DNA of 64,000 nt, taken from NCBI GenBank assembly GCA_963818475.1, contig CAWFSF010000006.1:224001-288000 (forward strand). Direction: 5' to 3'. The notes under the pieces are model-generated. The model saw only the letters and a list, made by a program, of their open reading frames with translations, ran no database searches and was not told the origin of the DNA. This document shows positions 19,785 through 31,177 of the stretch, in pieces. Each line of letters opens with the position of its first letter. The first letter of the stretch is position 1. The DNA is from Nitrospirota bacterium. Lineage in GTDB: Bacteria; Nitrospirota; UBA9217. Both the position numbers and the translations under genes were made by a program.

Positions 19785-20053
19785 GGTTCCCTCTCGCCGA
19801 TAGTTTTTTTTTGCATGCCGATAGGACCGAACTCGATCGCGGTGACATCTCCGTCGAGTGCCTTGATAATCTGGTAGCTTTTAAATCGTTCGCGGAAGGC
19901 AACTTGCTGGCGCTCATTCATCAGAGAAATCCCAAGTCTGATATGATCAATTTCCCGTTGACGCCACTTGTACTGGCGGTTACGGCTTTCCTTGTCATTG
20001 ACGAGCCATGTCACCGTTGAATAAATGCAGCTCGCTTCTTCCTTTTTATTCAT
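19781..20053 (-). CDS. Hypothetical protein
   Basis: GAGG RBS; stop overlaps the start of the XRE gene. Confidence 0.5.
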   Translation of the reverse strand: MNKKEEASCIYSTVTWLVNDKESRNRQYKWRQREIDHIRLGISLMNERQQVAFRERFKSYQIIKALDGDVTAIEFGPIGMQKKTIGEREP

Positions 20054-20209
20054 GAATACCTCATAATTTGTCCCGCCTATACGCCTGATCTGAGAATATG
20101 TCAACGATAGCGATGGGGTTTCCCGTAGAAACAGTTAAGTGCAATAAGCTCGTGATCGTAACAATGAAGTATAAAACTTACGATACCATTCGCGAAATGA
20201 CCCCACAAC

Positions 20210-20225
20210 CTACCCGAACGGGTAG
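20210..20225. promoter_or_regulatory. Palindromic operator CTACCCG-AA-CGGGTAG (NarL/LuxR-like)
   Basis: Perfect 7-2-7 palindrome in a divergent intergenic region; similar units at 32378-32425. Confidence 0.65.
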
Positions 20226-20441
20226 TATCCATTTATGCCTTTATTCCGTATAATCACTGTGAACGTGATCCTATAAATACAGGTACGTCATGGTCGTTAG
20301 CATAATTTCTGCGGAATGGCCTTCACATCACTACCTTCCTTGTTCTTTGACATAGCTGTCTGGTCGGCGTGCAACCAGCTTGGGGCCTGTACGTCGAAGC
20401 CGGTCACAACATACGTAGTCAATCAATAGAAAATAAATTTC

Positions 20442-20469
20442 TTGACAATAAAATATACACTCGTATACT
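20442..20469 (+). promoter_or_regulatory. Sigma70-type promoter upstream of the TonB receptor
   Basis: TTGACA-N16-TATACT. Confidence 0.55.
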
Positions 20470-20601
20470 TTTGCCACTTTAAACCGTCGCTTGTGGTCGT
20501 TTAACAAAATTGCAAATAAAGCAGGTGATCATGATGACTTCACGTTTTTCACATCGTCGCCATATCGCTACGACAGACGCATCGACCCTGAGGGCAAAGA
20601 A

Positions 20602-22477
20602 ATGATGCTACTTATCCGCCTGTCCTACATCTTCTTTATCTTTGTCAACTTGATGGTCCTGTTCCGATCCTCCGCCTCCGCCCAGTCGACCGAAGAGAAA
20701 GACTTTCTCCTGATGTACTTCAAGGAAGAGGAACTGGTCGTGGAAGCGCCGACGCGGGCAAGAAAATCCCTGGCCCAGACCGCGGAGAACGTGTCCGTGG
20801 TCACGGCCGACGAGATCAGGTTCATGAACGCCCATACAGCAGCCGAGGTGCTGAACACGGTGACGGGCGTGCAGGTCTTCCTGACGGGAGGTCCCGGCAG
20901 CAGCGCGACGGCGTTCATCCAGGGCTCGGGGAGCCGGCATGTGGCAGTCTTCATCGACGGCGTCCCGCTGAACAACCTTTCCGATAACGCGGCCGAGCTC
21001 GGGTCGCTCCCGGTCCAGAATATCGAGAAGATCGAGATCATCAAGGGACCGGCGTCGTCCGCCTGGGGATCAGCTCTCGGCGGTGTGATCAACATCATTA
21101 CCAAGGCGGGGCAGGACGAGGGGTTCGGCGGCGTGCTGTCGGCTTCATCAGGAAAGCATGATACGGGTGACTTCCGGGCCGAGGCATCGGGTAAAAAGGT
21201 GGGCGTGGGCTATTACCTTACTGCCGGCCGACTGCAAACCGACGGCTTTCGGCCACACAACGACTTCTCGGGGAACAATGCCTACGCGAAGCTGAGCTAT
21301 GATATCACGGGCGCTACGTCAGTAATTGCCACGGTGAGCTATGACAAGGTCGCGCGAGGGACTTGCTGAACTGCCCGATTTCGGCATCTTCGTGAACGAC
21401 GACATCAAGGCCGTGCGGTCCACCGTAACGTTTCGATCGTCCCTCTCCGAGAACACTGACCTGCATTTTACTGCCTGGCACCTGCGCCAGCACAGCGACT
21501 TCAGCAACATGCTCATCTCTTCGGGAGCGGAACTTTCAAAGGACCGTTATCTCGATGATGGATACGGCGGGAGCCTCAAGCTGACATGGAAAAGGCAGCA
21601 TCACAACATCGTTCTCGGCGGCGACTATGACTCCAGGATGTTGGACTCGAACGCCATCGCCGATAACAGGCAGGGGATCGATAAACAGGCTGCTTTTGTA
21701 AATGATACGATGTCTTTCGGCAGCCTGACTATCACCCCGGGCCTGCGGTATGATAAAACAGACACGAACGGTGATTTCACGAGCCCGAGCCTCGGAATGA
21801 TCTACCGGATCACGGAGACCACCTTACTGCGTGCGTATGCTGCCCGGGGATTCAGTGTGCCGGCGCTTGCGGGCACCTATGGAGATAATCTCTTTCATGT
21901 TTCCAATCCCGATCTGAAGATGGAAAATGTCAAGTCCTACCAGATAGGCGCGGAAACCACTGTTGAGAAGTATCTCTGGGTCAAAGTGTCGGGATTCAGG
22001 CACGATCTTGACGATGTTCTCGAGAACGTGGCGCTTTCCCCTATATCGTTCATTACGTTGAACACCGGCAGGGAAAGACGGGAAGGGTTGGAGGTCGAGC
22101 TCCGAACAGCTCCTGTCTACCATACAACGCTTAATGCCGGCGCGTCGTTCATCAGCGCGACGGACAGGGACACGGGCCAGACGATCAAGAGCGTGGCACA
22201 AAGGACCTATGACATAGGCTTGCAGTACGATGGAGACTCGTTCAAGGCGCTGGTGAAGGGGCATTATATCTACTGGAACACGGACAAGTTCTTTGAAGGG
22301 AAGTACGACGATTTTATCGTGGATGCCCATATTATGAAGACCCTGTATACGCGGAATGAGCACTCGCTTGAAGCCTTTGCCGATGTTCACAATCTCTTCG
22401 ATGACGAGCAATATCCAGCGGGTATATATAAGAACCCCGGGAGATGGTTCGAGGCAGGGGTTAGATATGTTTTTTGA
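20602..22477 (+). CDS. TonB-dependent receptor (frameshift near 21355)
   Basis: Plug motifs VFIDGVPLN and IEKIEIIKGPASSAWGSALGGVINIITK; barrel ends NPGRWFEAGVRYVF. Confidence 0.9.
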
Positions 22478-22522
22478 TCCATAACACAAAGAAGTCAACT
22501 ACTCTAGGGGGGAGGAAAGAGC

Positions 22523-22624
22523 ATGAAAAACCGGATTGTTGTGCTGAATAAGGGTGTTGAGAAAAAGCAGGTGGTAGAAGGACTCTGCTGTATGGGAGCA
22601 TACATCCCTTATCTGTGGATGTAG
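22523..22624 (+). CDS. 33-aa RiPP precursor, geopeptide-like: MKNRIVVLNKGVEKKQVVEGLCCMGAYIPYLWM
   Basis: Manual translation; RBS GGAGG; VLxxGV leader and CC motif; directly upstream of an rSAM/SPASM gene. Confidence 0.85.
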   Translation: MKNRIVVLNKGVEKKQVVEGLCCMGAYIPYLWM

Positions 22625-22635
22625 GCTGAGCTTTC

Positions 22636-22666
22636 GAGGGAGAGCGCTCCGCTCTCCCTCTTTTTT
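22636..22666 (+). terminator. Intrinsic terminator between precursor and maturase
   Basis: GAGGGAGAGCG-CTC-CGCTCTCCCTC followed by T6. Confidence 0.85.
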
Positions 22667-22702
22667 ATTTCTCATGAAGAAAGGCATCATTCACGGCTGC
22701 TG

Positions 22703-23992
22703 ATGAAATTATCTCGTTATTCCAAGACCTATCCTTCCCCGGAAGACCCTGATTCGGTCATTCTGTTCTCCACCAAGCGCGCCTCGACGGTTCTCGTCCC
22801 GAAGGGCCTCCTTGCGGACATCGAGGCGGGCAGGCTTTCCGGGGAGGAGCAGGCAGATCTTGCGGAGCTGGGCCTCGTGGCGCGCAGCGACGAGGAGGAA
22901 CGGCAGGAGCTGCTTTCCTATATCCAGGACATGAACGCCCTGGACCGGTCCATGAAGTTCATCGTCGTCCTGAACCTGGACTGCAACCTCGCCTGCCGCT
23001 ACTGCTTCGAAGGCGTCCGGAAAGGAAAACACTATCTTTCCGACGAGGCGGCGGCACGGTTCGTCGATTTCGTCATGACCCGCGACTACACGAACAAGGA
23101 TGATATCAAGATCGTCTTCTATGGCGGCGAGCCGCTCCTGTCCGTGGACCGGATCGCCGGCATCTCGGAACAGATCAAGACCTTTGCCGAAGGCAGGGGG
23201 ATGCGGTATGTCTTTTCCCTCGTGACCAACGGCGTGTTGTTGACCCCACAGGTAGTGAAGCGTCTCCAGCCCCTTGGCTTGAGAAGCGCCAAAGTGACGC
23301 TGGATGGACCGAAAGAGGTCCACGATGCGTTCCGGCCCTTCAGGAACGGCGCGGGGTCTTTCGACACGATCATGCGGAACGTGGGCGACGTGTCCAGTCT
23401 GATCCGTGTCCAGATCGGCGGCAACTTCACTCAGGATAACTATCGCCAATTCCCCCGCCTTCTGGACCTCCTGATGGAGAGGGGACTCGGCCCGGCCCGG
23501 ATCGCGGCGGTCAAGTTCGATCCCGTGGTCAACGAAAGCAGCGAGTTTGCCCTCCCGGACTTCCACGACGGGTGTGCTTCCATGGATGAGCCTTGGGTCG
23601 CCATGGCCTCGTTGCAGCTGCGCGAGGAAGTGCTGAAACGCGGGTACCAGACACCGAAGATCATGCCCTCGCCCTGCCTGATGGAACATGACGACAGCTT
23701 TGTCGTGAACTATGACGGCATCCTGTACAAGTGCCCCGGCCTGATCGGCAGGCAAGGCTGCCGCGCCGGCGATCTGGCGAGCGGACCGGGGGAATGCCGC
23801 GCGTCCCACGGGCTCGACGACTGGAAGAACGACGACTGCCTGGCTTGTGCCTATCTGCCGCTCTGCTTCGGGGGCTGCAAATACCTCAAGCTCGCCAGAG
23901 AGAACAGCATGAGGGGCGTTAATTGCCAAAAAAAGTATTTCGACCGGATCCTCGCGGCACTGGTGGCCCAGGACATCCGGTACGGGCTGTAG
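22703..23992 (+). CDS. Radical SAM/SPASM peptide maturase (geopeptide maturase-like)
   Basis: CNLACRYC, YGGEPLL, SPASM cysteines (PCLM..YKCPG..CLACAYLPLCFGGC..C), N-terminal LSRY extension. Confidence 0.9.
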   Translation: MKLSRYSKTYPSPEDPDSVILFSTKRASTVLVPKGLLADIEAGRLSGEEQADLAELGLVARSDEEERQELLSYIQDMNALDRSMKFIVVLNLDCNLACRYCFEGVRKGKHYLSDEAAARFVDFVMTRDYTNKDDIKIVFYGGEPLLSVDRIAGISEQIKTFAEGRGMRYVFSLVTNGVLLTPQVVKRLQPLGLRSAKVTLDGPKEVHDAFRPFRNGAGSFDTIMRNVGDVSSLIRVQIGGNFTQDNYRQFPRLLDLLMERGLGPARIAAVKFDPVVNESSEFALPDFHDGCASMDEPWVAMASLQLREEVLKRGYQTPKIMPSPCLMEHDDSFVVNYDGILYKCPGLIGRQGCRAGDLASGPGECRASHGLDDWKNDDCLACAYLPLCFGGCKYLKLARENSMRGVNCQKKYFDRILAALVAQDIRYGL

Positions 23993-24005
23993 TCCCGGTC
24001 ACTCC

Positions 24006-24938
24006 ATGATTACGCGCTTCTCTTTCATAGTAAAACCCGACAAGGCCTTCCTGGTCTTCCTCGTCCTGCTGGCCGCGCTTGCGGTCTTTGTCCTTGCGTG
24101 CCCTCTTCCTGCATCGTCCGCATGCGAGACAACTGTCGTCGTGAGCGCTGACCTAAAGCCCTATCGGGAGGTCCTCCAGGGTATCCGCGATGCTTCCGTC
24201 TGCACCGTGCGGGAGGTGACGTTGCGCGACGGCGACGCCCTGGAACGGGTGCGGCGGACATCGCCCAATGCCGTGGTCGCCATCGGGACCGACGCTTTCC
24301 GGACGGTCCGGCCGTTCCGGGACGCGCCGGTCGTCCATGTCATGGTGATCCCCTCCGTGGTCGAGCGCTCCCCGTCGGCAAACCTGTCGGGAGTGAGCAT
24401 GAGCATCGCTCCCGAGGCATGGCTGTCGGCGATCAAGCGCATGTTCCCCGGCGCGAAGCGGATCGGGCTGCTCTTCGATCCCCGGAATACGGGCCCCTTC
24501 GTCTCCGAGGCGGTGCTAGCCGCTCAGGCTGCCGGGCTGACGCTGAAAACGGCGGAGGTCAGTGGGGCAGATGAGGTTCCGAAGGCGCTGAACTCTCTCC
24601 GCGACTCGGTTGACGTGCTCTGGATGCTGCCGGATCCCGCAGTGACGTCGGCGCCGGTATTCGAGTATCTTGTCCGCTTCTCCATCCAGCATCGCATTCC
24701 CATCATGACCTTTTCAGAAAAATACCTGGAACTGGGCGCCGTGGCGTCGCTGGACGTGGACCCCTATGACATGGGCGTCCAGGCCGCGGAAATGGCGGCC
24801 CGGCTCGCGAGGGGCGGGGACGGGCCCGTGCGCGTCTTCGCGCGGAAAACGAAGCTCTCGTTCAACCGGAGCGCGGCGGGGAAGATGGGGGTCGTGATCG
24901 GCGCGGCGGTTTCTGAGAGGGGCCTTGCCGATGAATAG
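24006..24938 (+). CDS. ABC-type substrate-binding protein
   Basis: Signal/TM segment; KRIGLLFDP, VDVLWMLPD, DPYDMGVQAAEMA. Confidence 0.8.
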   Translation: MITRFSFIVKPDKAFLVFLVLLAALAVFVLACPLPASSACETTVVVSADLKPYREVLQGIRDASVCTVREVTLRDGDALERVRRTSPNAVVAIGTDAFRTVRPFRDAPVVHVMVIPSVVERSPSANLSGVSMSIAPEAWLSAIKRMFPGAKRIGLLFDPRNTGPFVSEAVLAAQAAGLTLKTAEVSGADEVPKALNSLRDSVDVLWMLPDPAVTSAPVFEYLVRFSIQHRIPIMTFSEKYLELGAVASLDVDPYDMGVQAAEMAARLARGGDGPVRVFARKTKLSFNRSAAGKMGVVIGAAVSERGLADE

Positions 24939-26856
24939 CTTCAGAATGGTCCTCAAGGAGCGATTCGGACTCAAGGTCATTACGGCATTCATTATCGTCA
25001 TCGCTGCGTCCTTCACCCTCTATACGGTCGTCTGGGCGGTCTATGAGATCGGCAGGCTCAGGCACAAGCTCGAGGACCAGGGTATCATGCTGACATCGCT
25101 CCTCGCGCGGGGGGCCGTGGTGGGCATCTTCACGGAGAACGAGGCGGAGCTCAAGCGGTCGGCGGCGGATGTCCTGAAGCTGCCCGACGTGGTGTCCGTG
25201 TCGCTGTTCAATGCAGAAGGACGGATGCTCTACCGGGGCAGCAGAATGGTCGGACGGCCCGGTCCCGGGACGTTGCCGGAGCGAAATGCACCGGGTCCGC
25301 CGGCTGGCACGGAGTTGGAGATCGCGGACCAGGCGGACGCGGTCAGTATCTCCCGGCCAGTCTTCAGCGCGTCTCTAGCCGATACGGATGAAACGCTGTA
25401 TTTCGGCTCGTCGACCGGTCTCGCGCGGGAGCGGATGATCGGTCATGTCCTGATCGTGATGAGCAAGGACAGCTACCGCAGCGAGATCGTCGCGCTCGTG
25501 GGAAGGAATTTGGGATTGATGGCGCTGTTCATCGCGGTAAGCGGCATTGTCGTGTGGGGCGCGGTCCGCAAGGTCACGCGTCCGCTCGAGCGGCTGACCG
25601 AGAGCGTAAGGGACTTCGAACGGGGGGTGCCGGTGGAGCCGGCGCCAGTCGAGACCGGAGACGAAATCGGAAGGCTGGCATCGGCATTCAACGACATGGT
25701 CGCGGCACGGCGGAAAACGGAGCTGTCCCTGCGCGAGAGCGAGGAGCGCTACCGGCGGCTTGTCGAACTCTCCCCGGACGCGATCTACGTGCAGCTTGAG
25801 GGAAGGATCGTCTTCATCAATAATGCGGGCGCGAGACTGCTGGGGGTGTCCGCTCCCGCGGACATCCTGGACCGGAAGGTCCTGGACCGCATTCATGAGG
25901 AAGACCACGAGACCGTCGTGAAACGGGCACTACAGGTCGAGGAAGAGGGGCGCGTCGTCACCTTCCTCCCGGTCAGGTATCTCCAGCCCGGCGGGACGGT
26001 CGTGGATGCCGAAGTGGCCGCCGCGCCCTTCCCGTTCCAGGGCAAGAGCGCCGTGCTGGTCATGGCCCGCGATATCACGGAGCGCAAGAGCCTGGAGGAG
26101 CTGGTCAGAGCATACCAGCGGGAACTGCATTCCGTGGAAAACGCAATGTCCTCGCTGGAATCGCAGATCGAGGAACGGGAGCGGCATCTTATTGCAGCGG
26201 ACCTGCATGATCATGTCGGCCAGAACCTGGTGGCGTCGCTGTTCAAATTGGGGCTCATGCAAAAGGGGATTTCTGCGCCCGGCGCGCTCAGGCACCTGGA
26301 GGAGATCCGCGATCTTCTCGGCCAGACCATCCAGTATACGAGGTCGTTGACTGTCGAACTCAGCCCGCCGGTCCTGTCGGAGATCGGTTTCAAGGCCGCG
26401 GTGGAGTCCCTGGCGGAGGGAATCGAAGCGGCTTACGGAATAACGGTCGCCGTCGAGGATGACGGCAGGTCCGATCTGATCGGCGAAAACGTCCGGAACC
26501 CGCTCTTCCGGTGCGTGCGCGAGCTGCTCATGAACGCCGTCAAACATTCCCGGGCGAGCGGCGTCGTGGTCTCCCTGGGAAGGGACAACGACCGGATAAG
26601 AATTACCGTTGTTGATAACGGGACGGGGTTCGATGCATCGGCGGTAACCGGGAAAAAGTCGGGGTTCGGGCTGTTCTCTGTCAGGGAGCGGATAAAGAGG
26701 CTGGGCGGCTCGTGCAGGATCGAAAGCCGGCCGGGGTCCGGAACAAAGGTTGTCCTGGAGGCGCCCTTGAAAGAGGACGTACAAGATAAAAATCTCGGGA
26801 GGGGCGCACCGGAAACAGGACAGGTCTTCGACAGGATAACAGGATCGACAGGATAA
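24931..26856 (+). CDS. Sensor histidine kinase (HAMP-PAS-HisKA_3-HATPase)
   Basis: Two TMs, DEIGRLASAFN, PAS, ERHLIAADLHDHVGQ, DNGTGF, GFGLFSVRER. Confidence 0.92.
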   Translation: MNSFRMVLKERFGLKVITAFIIVIAASFTLYTVVWAVYEIGRLRHKLEDQGIMLTSLLARGAVVGIFTENEAELKRSAADVLKLPDVVSVSLFNAEGRMLYRGSRMVGRPGPGTLPERNAPGPPAGTELEIADQADAVSISRPVFSASLADTDETLYFGSSTGLARERMIGHVLIVMSKDSYRSEIVALVGRNLGLMALFIAVSGIVVWGAVRKVTRPLERLTESVRDFERGVPVEPAPVETGDEIGRLASAFNDMVAARRKTELSLRESEERYRRLVELSPDAIYVQLEGRIVFINNAGARLLGVSAPADILDRKVLDRIHEEDHETVVKRALQVEEEGRVVTFLPVRYLQPGGTVVDAEVAAAPFPFQGKSAVLVMARDITERKSLEELVRAYQRELHSVENAMSSLESQIEERERHLIAADLHDHVGQNLVASLFKLGLMQKGISAPGALRHLEEIRDLLGQTIQYTRSLTVELSPPVLSEIGFKAAVESLAEGIEAAYGITVAVEDDGRSDLIGENVRNPLFRCVRELLMNAVKHSRASGVVVSLGRDNDRIRITVVDNGTGFDASAVTGKKSGFGLFSVRERIKRLGGSCRIESRPGSGTKVVLEAPLKEDVQDKNLGRGAPETGQVFDRITGSTG

Positions 26857-26931
26857 ATCCGTATCCGCTTTTTTTCCGGTAGCCCTGTCAAAAAACTCGT
26901 TGGTTCCGATTTGTAACCGAAAAGGGGTGGC

Positions 26932-27765
26932 ATGAGCATCCGGATACTTCTTGCTGACGATCATAAACTGCTGCGCGAGGGGCTGCGCTCGTTGATATCC
27001 GAACAGTCGGACATGTCGGTGGTAGCGGAGGCCGAGGACGGCAGGTCCGCTGTTCAACTGGCAGCCAGACTATCGCCGGATATTGTGATCATGGACATTT
27101 CGATGCCGGGAATGAACGGTATCGAAGCTACACGACTGATCGTGGCGGAAAATCCCGCCGTGAAGATCATGGCCCTATCAATGCATCTGGACCGGCGCAT
27201 GGTGCTGGAAATGTTCAAAGCCGGCGCATCCGGCTATCTCCTGAAGGAATGCGCTTTTGATGAGGTGGTCCATGCCGTGCAGCTCGTTGCGTCGAAAGGC
27301 ATCTATCTCAGTCCGAGGGTCGCAGACGTTCTTCTCAAGGACTATATTCACGGCGTCCAGAAGGGAGAACTGGCACCGTTATCCGAAGTGCCGAAGCAGG
27401 AGCGGGCAGTTCTTCACCTGCTGGAGGATGGCAAAGATATGAAAGATATCGTTTCCGCTCTTCATATAAGCATCAAGAATGCCGAGTCCTGCCGCAGGCA
27501 GATGATCCTTGATCGCATCCTGCCGTATCTTCTCCGCGCACAGAGTGAAACTGCGGCTGGATTTGCCGTCTCACTGACGCCGCGGGAACGGGAAATCCTA
27601 ATCTGGGTCAAGGACGGCAAGAGCACCGGTGAGATCGCATCCATTCTCACAATAAGCCAGGACACTGTGAAATTTCATATGAAAAACGTATTCCAGAAAC
27701 TCAATGCCATCAGCAGGTCGCAGGCCATCGCCATCGCGATCGAGAACAAGCTCATAGAGTCTTGA
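26932..27765 (+). CDS. NarL/LuxR-family response regulator with two HTH-like regions
   Basis: LADDH, MDISMPGMNG, GYLLK; degenerate HTH, then LTPREREIL..TVKFHMKNVFQKL. Confidence 0.9.
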   Translation: MSIRILLADDHKLLREGLRSLISEQSDMSVVAEAEDGRSAVQLAARLSPDIVIMDISMPGMNGIEATRLIVAENPAVKIMALSMHLDRRMVLEMFKAGASGYLLKECAFDEVVHAVQLVASKGIYLSPRVADVLLKDYIHGVQKGELAPLSEVPKQERAVLHLLEDGKDMKDIVSALHISIKNAESCRRQMILDRILPYLLRAQSETAAGFAVSLTPREREILIWVKDGKSTGEIASILTISQDTVKFHMKNVFQKLNAISRSQAIAIAIENKLIES

Positions 27766-27937
27766 TCGCGATGGATCCGTATCCGCCGAACAGATCAAGG
27801 CCCTGCCAGTAAGTGAAAAAGGGGATCTGCCTGTCCGCGAGAGGAGAGCATGTCCGGCATTAACACCTTGTTGAATAAGTCTTTACGAAATAGGCTGATT
27901 CGTCAACAGCTTGTTCATGCTCTCCGGGCCCCAAACA

Positions 27938-28435
27938 TCATTGAGCCTGTTCCGCCTGGACCGTTTGCGCCAGCGATATCTCTTCGGTGGAAAATACCTT
28001 GTCGATCTCAAGGACGATGATGAACCGGTCGTTCTGTTTTCCCATTCCCTGGATGAATTCCGTGTTCAGGCGCGCCCCGATCCGCGGCACCGGCTGGAGC
28101 GTGTCCGCATCCAGCTCGATCACTTCCTGCACGGAGTCTGCGAGGGCCCCGAGGATCGTGGTCTTCCCGTCCACCTCGATTTCCGCGATGATTACGCAGG
28201 TGTTCACCGATCTCTTCGTCACGGCCATGCCGAGCTTGAGCCCGAGGTCTACCACGGCTACCACACTTCCCCGCAGGTTGATCACTCCCCGCAGGAAGTC
28301 CGGCATCCGGGGCACCTTCGTCACGGTCGTGAAATCCAGCACTTCGCGGACCCTGGCGATGTCAAGGGCGAAAACCCCGTCGCCGAGCCCGAAGGTCAGA
28401 TACTGTTTCGTTGCTGTTATATCCGTTGTTGTCAT
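27938..28435 (-). CDS. cheW: Chemotaxis coupling protein CheW
   Basis: QYLTFGL, VREVL, PDFLRGVINLRG, GALADSVQEV. Confidence 0.93.
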   Translation of the reverse strand: MTTTDITATKQYLTFGLGDGVFALDIARVREVLDFTTVTKVPRMPDFLRGVINLRGSVVAVVDLGLKLGMAVTKRSVNTCVIIAEIEVDGKTTILGALADSVQEVIELDADTLQPVPRIGARLNTEFIQGMGKQNDRFIIVLEIDKVFSTEEISLAQTVQAEQAQ

Positions 28436-28487
28436 CGGTTCCTTTCTGCGGGTCAGAGCCGCCCCCAGGCTCCCGGTCCGTCCACTC

Positions 28488-30059
28488 CTAGAATTTCTCG
28501 AACTCCCTGTCCCGGGGGTCGCCGTTCCCGCCCGACCCATGCCGACCCATGTCGAGCGCCGCGCCGGAAGGCCGGGTCGCGCGATGCGCCGCCCCGGAAG
28601 CGGCGAGGCGCGCGATGGGGGTCAGGACGGCGGGAGCGGCCAGTGTTCGGGGTGCCGCGCTTTTCATCGCTGCGCGTGTGCTGTCGATCGTGAAGAATCC
28701 CACTGTTTCCAGGAGCTGATCCGACTGGGATGAAAGTTCCTGTGCCGTCGAGGCCATCTCCTCGGCCGATCCCGCATTCTGTTGGATCACCTTGTTCAAC
28801 TGCTGGATCGAACTGTTGATCTGGTCCGCTCCCGAGGCCTGCTCCTTGCTGGACGCGCTGATTTCCTGCACGAGTTCGGATGTTTTTTGGATATCTGGGA
28901 CGAGCCTGTTCAGCATTGCCCCGGCGTTCTCTGCCACATCGACGCTCGAGCTGGACAATTTGCCGATCTCTCCGGCAGCCACCTGGCTCCGTTCCGCGAG
29001 CTTCCGCACCTCGGCAGCCACCACGGCGAACCCCTTGCCGTGCTCGCCGGCGCGCGCTGCCTCGATCGCGGCATTCAATGCCAGCAGGTTGGTCTGCCGT
29101 GCGATCTCCTCGATTACGGAGATCTTCCCGGCAATGTCCTTCATGGCCTTAACCGCCTCGGACACGGCCTTGCCGCTCTCCAGTGCGTCGTTAGCGCTTT
29201 TTCGTGCGATCGTTTCAGTCGCTACGGCGTTGTCGGCATTCTGCCTGATCGTTGCATGCATCTCCTCGATCGATGCGGAAGCTTCTTCAGCCGAGGCCGC
29301 TTGTTCAGTCGTGCCCTGTGACATCTGCTCGGACCCGGACGATAGTTGTCTGCTGCCGAAGGCAACATTATCGGCCGCGTTCTTCACATCCGACACGACG
29401 CCTTGCAGTTTCTGCACCATGGTTCCGATGGAAATGAAGAGCTTCCCTATCTCGTCACCTGACTCGGCCGTGATGGAACGGGTCAGGTCGCCGTTGGCCA
29501 CCTGCGCGACCGCTGCGTTCAGGCGGTCGATGGGCTTCAGCGCAAGGTATCGGAAGAGCTGGTAAACGATGAGCGATACCAGGAGCATGGTCCCGATGGA
29601 CAGACCGGCGAGGATTGCCTGCGACTGCCGCAATGCGTTCCCGATGCTGGCCGTGGAATAGCCGATCCTGACCATACCGATCTTCTCGCTCTCTTGCTGG
29701 ATCGGACTGGAGAACTCTATGACGTTCGCCGTTGTCGACTCGGTCTGCCGATACTCCGTCAGCACCTTGTCTTCACGGTCCGTAACGGCAGCGAAGACGA
29801 TGTTTTTATCCCCGGCGCCGACGTACCGCACCTGGTTCTCCAGTGCGGCGAAGTTGAAGCTCAGAATCGGCTCAGCGGAAATCGCCGCCAGGATCCTCGC
29901 CACGTTCTCGCCCTTCCCGCTGAGCTCGTTCACGAGCACCCTCTTTTCATGGGCGTTGATGACGAGGCCCATGGCGGTGAAGATCAGCAGAAGGCCTAGC
30001 AGGATGCTCACCAGGAATTTTCTGGTGAGCGTCCAGTGGAACAGAAAACTGTTTGTCAT
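28488..30059 (-). CDS. Methyl-accepting chemotaxis protein
   Basis: Two TMs, [34 protein letters not shown]. Confidence 0.95.
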   Translation of the reverse strand: MTNSFLFHWTLTRKFLVSILLGLLLIFTAMGLVINAHEKRVLVNELSGKGENVARILAAISAEPILSFNFAALENQVRYVGAGDKNIVFAAVTDREDKVLTEYRQTESTTANVIEFSSPIQQESEKIGMVRIGYSTASIGNALRQSQAILAGLSIGTMLLVSLIVYQLFRYLALKPIDRLNAAVAQVANGDLTRSITAESGDEIGKLFISIGTMVQKLQGVVSDVKNAADNVAFGSRQLSSGSEQMSQGTTEQAASAEEASASIEEMHATIRQNADNAVATETIARKSANDALESGKAVSEAVKAMKDIAGKISVIEEIARQTNLLALNAAIEAARAGEHGKGFAVVAAEVRKLAERSQVAAGEIGKLSSSSVDVAENAGAMLNRLVPDIQKTSELVQEISASSKEQASGADQINSSIQQLNKVIQQNAGSAEEMASTAQELSSQSDQLLETVGFFTIDSTRAAMKSAAPRTLAAPAVLTPIARLAASGAAHRATRPSGAALDMGRHGSGGNGDPRDREFEKF

Positions 30060-30130
30060 GGTTTCATCTCCTTGTTCGCGCCGCCACCGTCCGCCGAAAC
30101 GGGGACCCGGGCCGCGACGCGGTTCGCGTC

Positions 30131-30994
30131 CTAGAGCGCCCCGGCTACCTTCGCGGCCTTCCGGAGCTCGTCGTACTCCTTGTCGATGATCGGGATAAAG
30201 CCGGTAAGCCGTGCCGGACCGAGGATATTCTCGTTCTGCGGGTCGTTCGGCTTCAGCTTGAGCAGGGCGGTCCGTATCTTTGCCGCCATCTCCGGCTTCA
30301 GCTTCGGCGTGGCGAAGAATGGCCAGTTGGGGAAATAGTCGGTATAGCCCACGATCCTGATCTGGGAAATATCCAGCTTGCCCTTCATCTTTTCCAGCTC
30401 GTCTTCCCGGATGCCGCCTGCATCGGCAGTCTTGTTGAATACGGCCGTGGTGATGTTCTCATGCTTCTTCGCAAAGGGAAGGAGAGAAATGTCCTTGTTG
30501 ACGTCGAACCCCGCCTTGCTCAAAAGCAGCATCTGAAAGATGTACCCCGCGGCGGAATCCTTGTCCATGAAGACGAACTTCTTTCCTTTCAGGTCCTGGA
30601 TCTTGTTGAAGCCGCTGTCCTTTCTCACGATAATGATCCCGCGGAACCGGGTGCCGCTCTTCACCTCCGATGACAGGGCGAGGGGTTCAATGTTGCTCAT
30701 CTCCTTCGCCTGGACATAGATGAGCGGATTTGCGAACCCCACATCCATCTGTCCCGTTTTTACGGCGTCCTTGAAAGCATTGAAGTCCTTGGGGATCACG
30801 ATGGTAACCTTTTCCCCGGTTTCCCTGCTCAAGTACTCGGCAAGGGGACTATACATGGCCTGCAGCTCAGGCGCGCTGAGGCGGGGCAGCGTCCCGAACT
30901 TGATCTCCGCCGAAGCAACGCCTGCCCCGAACGCGATGAACGCCGCGACAACAAGCACAACCGTCATTACCGTCTTCATGAAACTCCTCTTCAT
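30131..30994 (-). CDS. PhnD/SsuA-type periplasmic substrate-binding protein
   Basis: Signal peptide; [25 protein letters not shown]. Confidence 0.85.
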   Translation of the reverse strand: MKRSFMKTVMTVVLVVAAFIAFGAGVASAEIKFGTLPRLSAPELQAMYSPLAEYLSRETGEKVTIVIPKDFNAFKDAVKTGQMDVGFANPLIYVQAKEMSNIEPLALSSEVKSGTRFRGIIIVRKDSGFNKIQDLKGKKFVFMDKDSAAGYIFQMLLLSKAGFDVNKDISLLPFAKKHENITTAVFNKTADAGGIREDELEKMKGKLDISQIRIVGYTDYFPNWPFFATPKLKPEMAAKIRTALLKLKPNDPQNENILGPARLTGFIPIIDKEYDELRKAAKVAGAL

Positions 30995-31177
30995 ACAACC
31001 TCCTTTTGTTATGGTTATTTATTTTGCTGCTCAAGTATCAAATTATGCTCAGCAAGAGAATGAACGATCAAGCCCTTCATTCAGGATCACCAGGAAACGC
31101 AAAGTCTTGACATCCGATGCCCGCTCTGTTCGTCCCCCCCGGTTTCCTGTTCTGAGCCTGTCCTGCTGCGGACTGGA

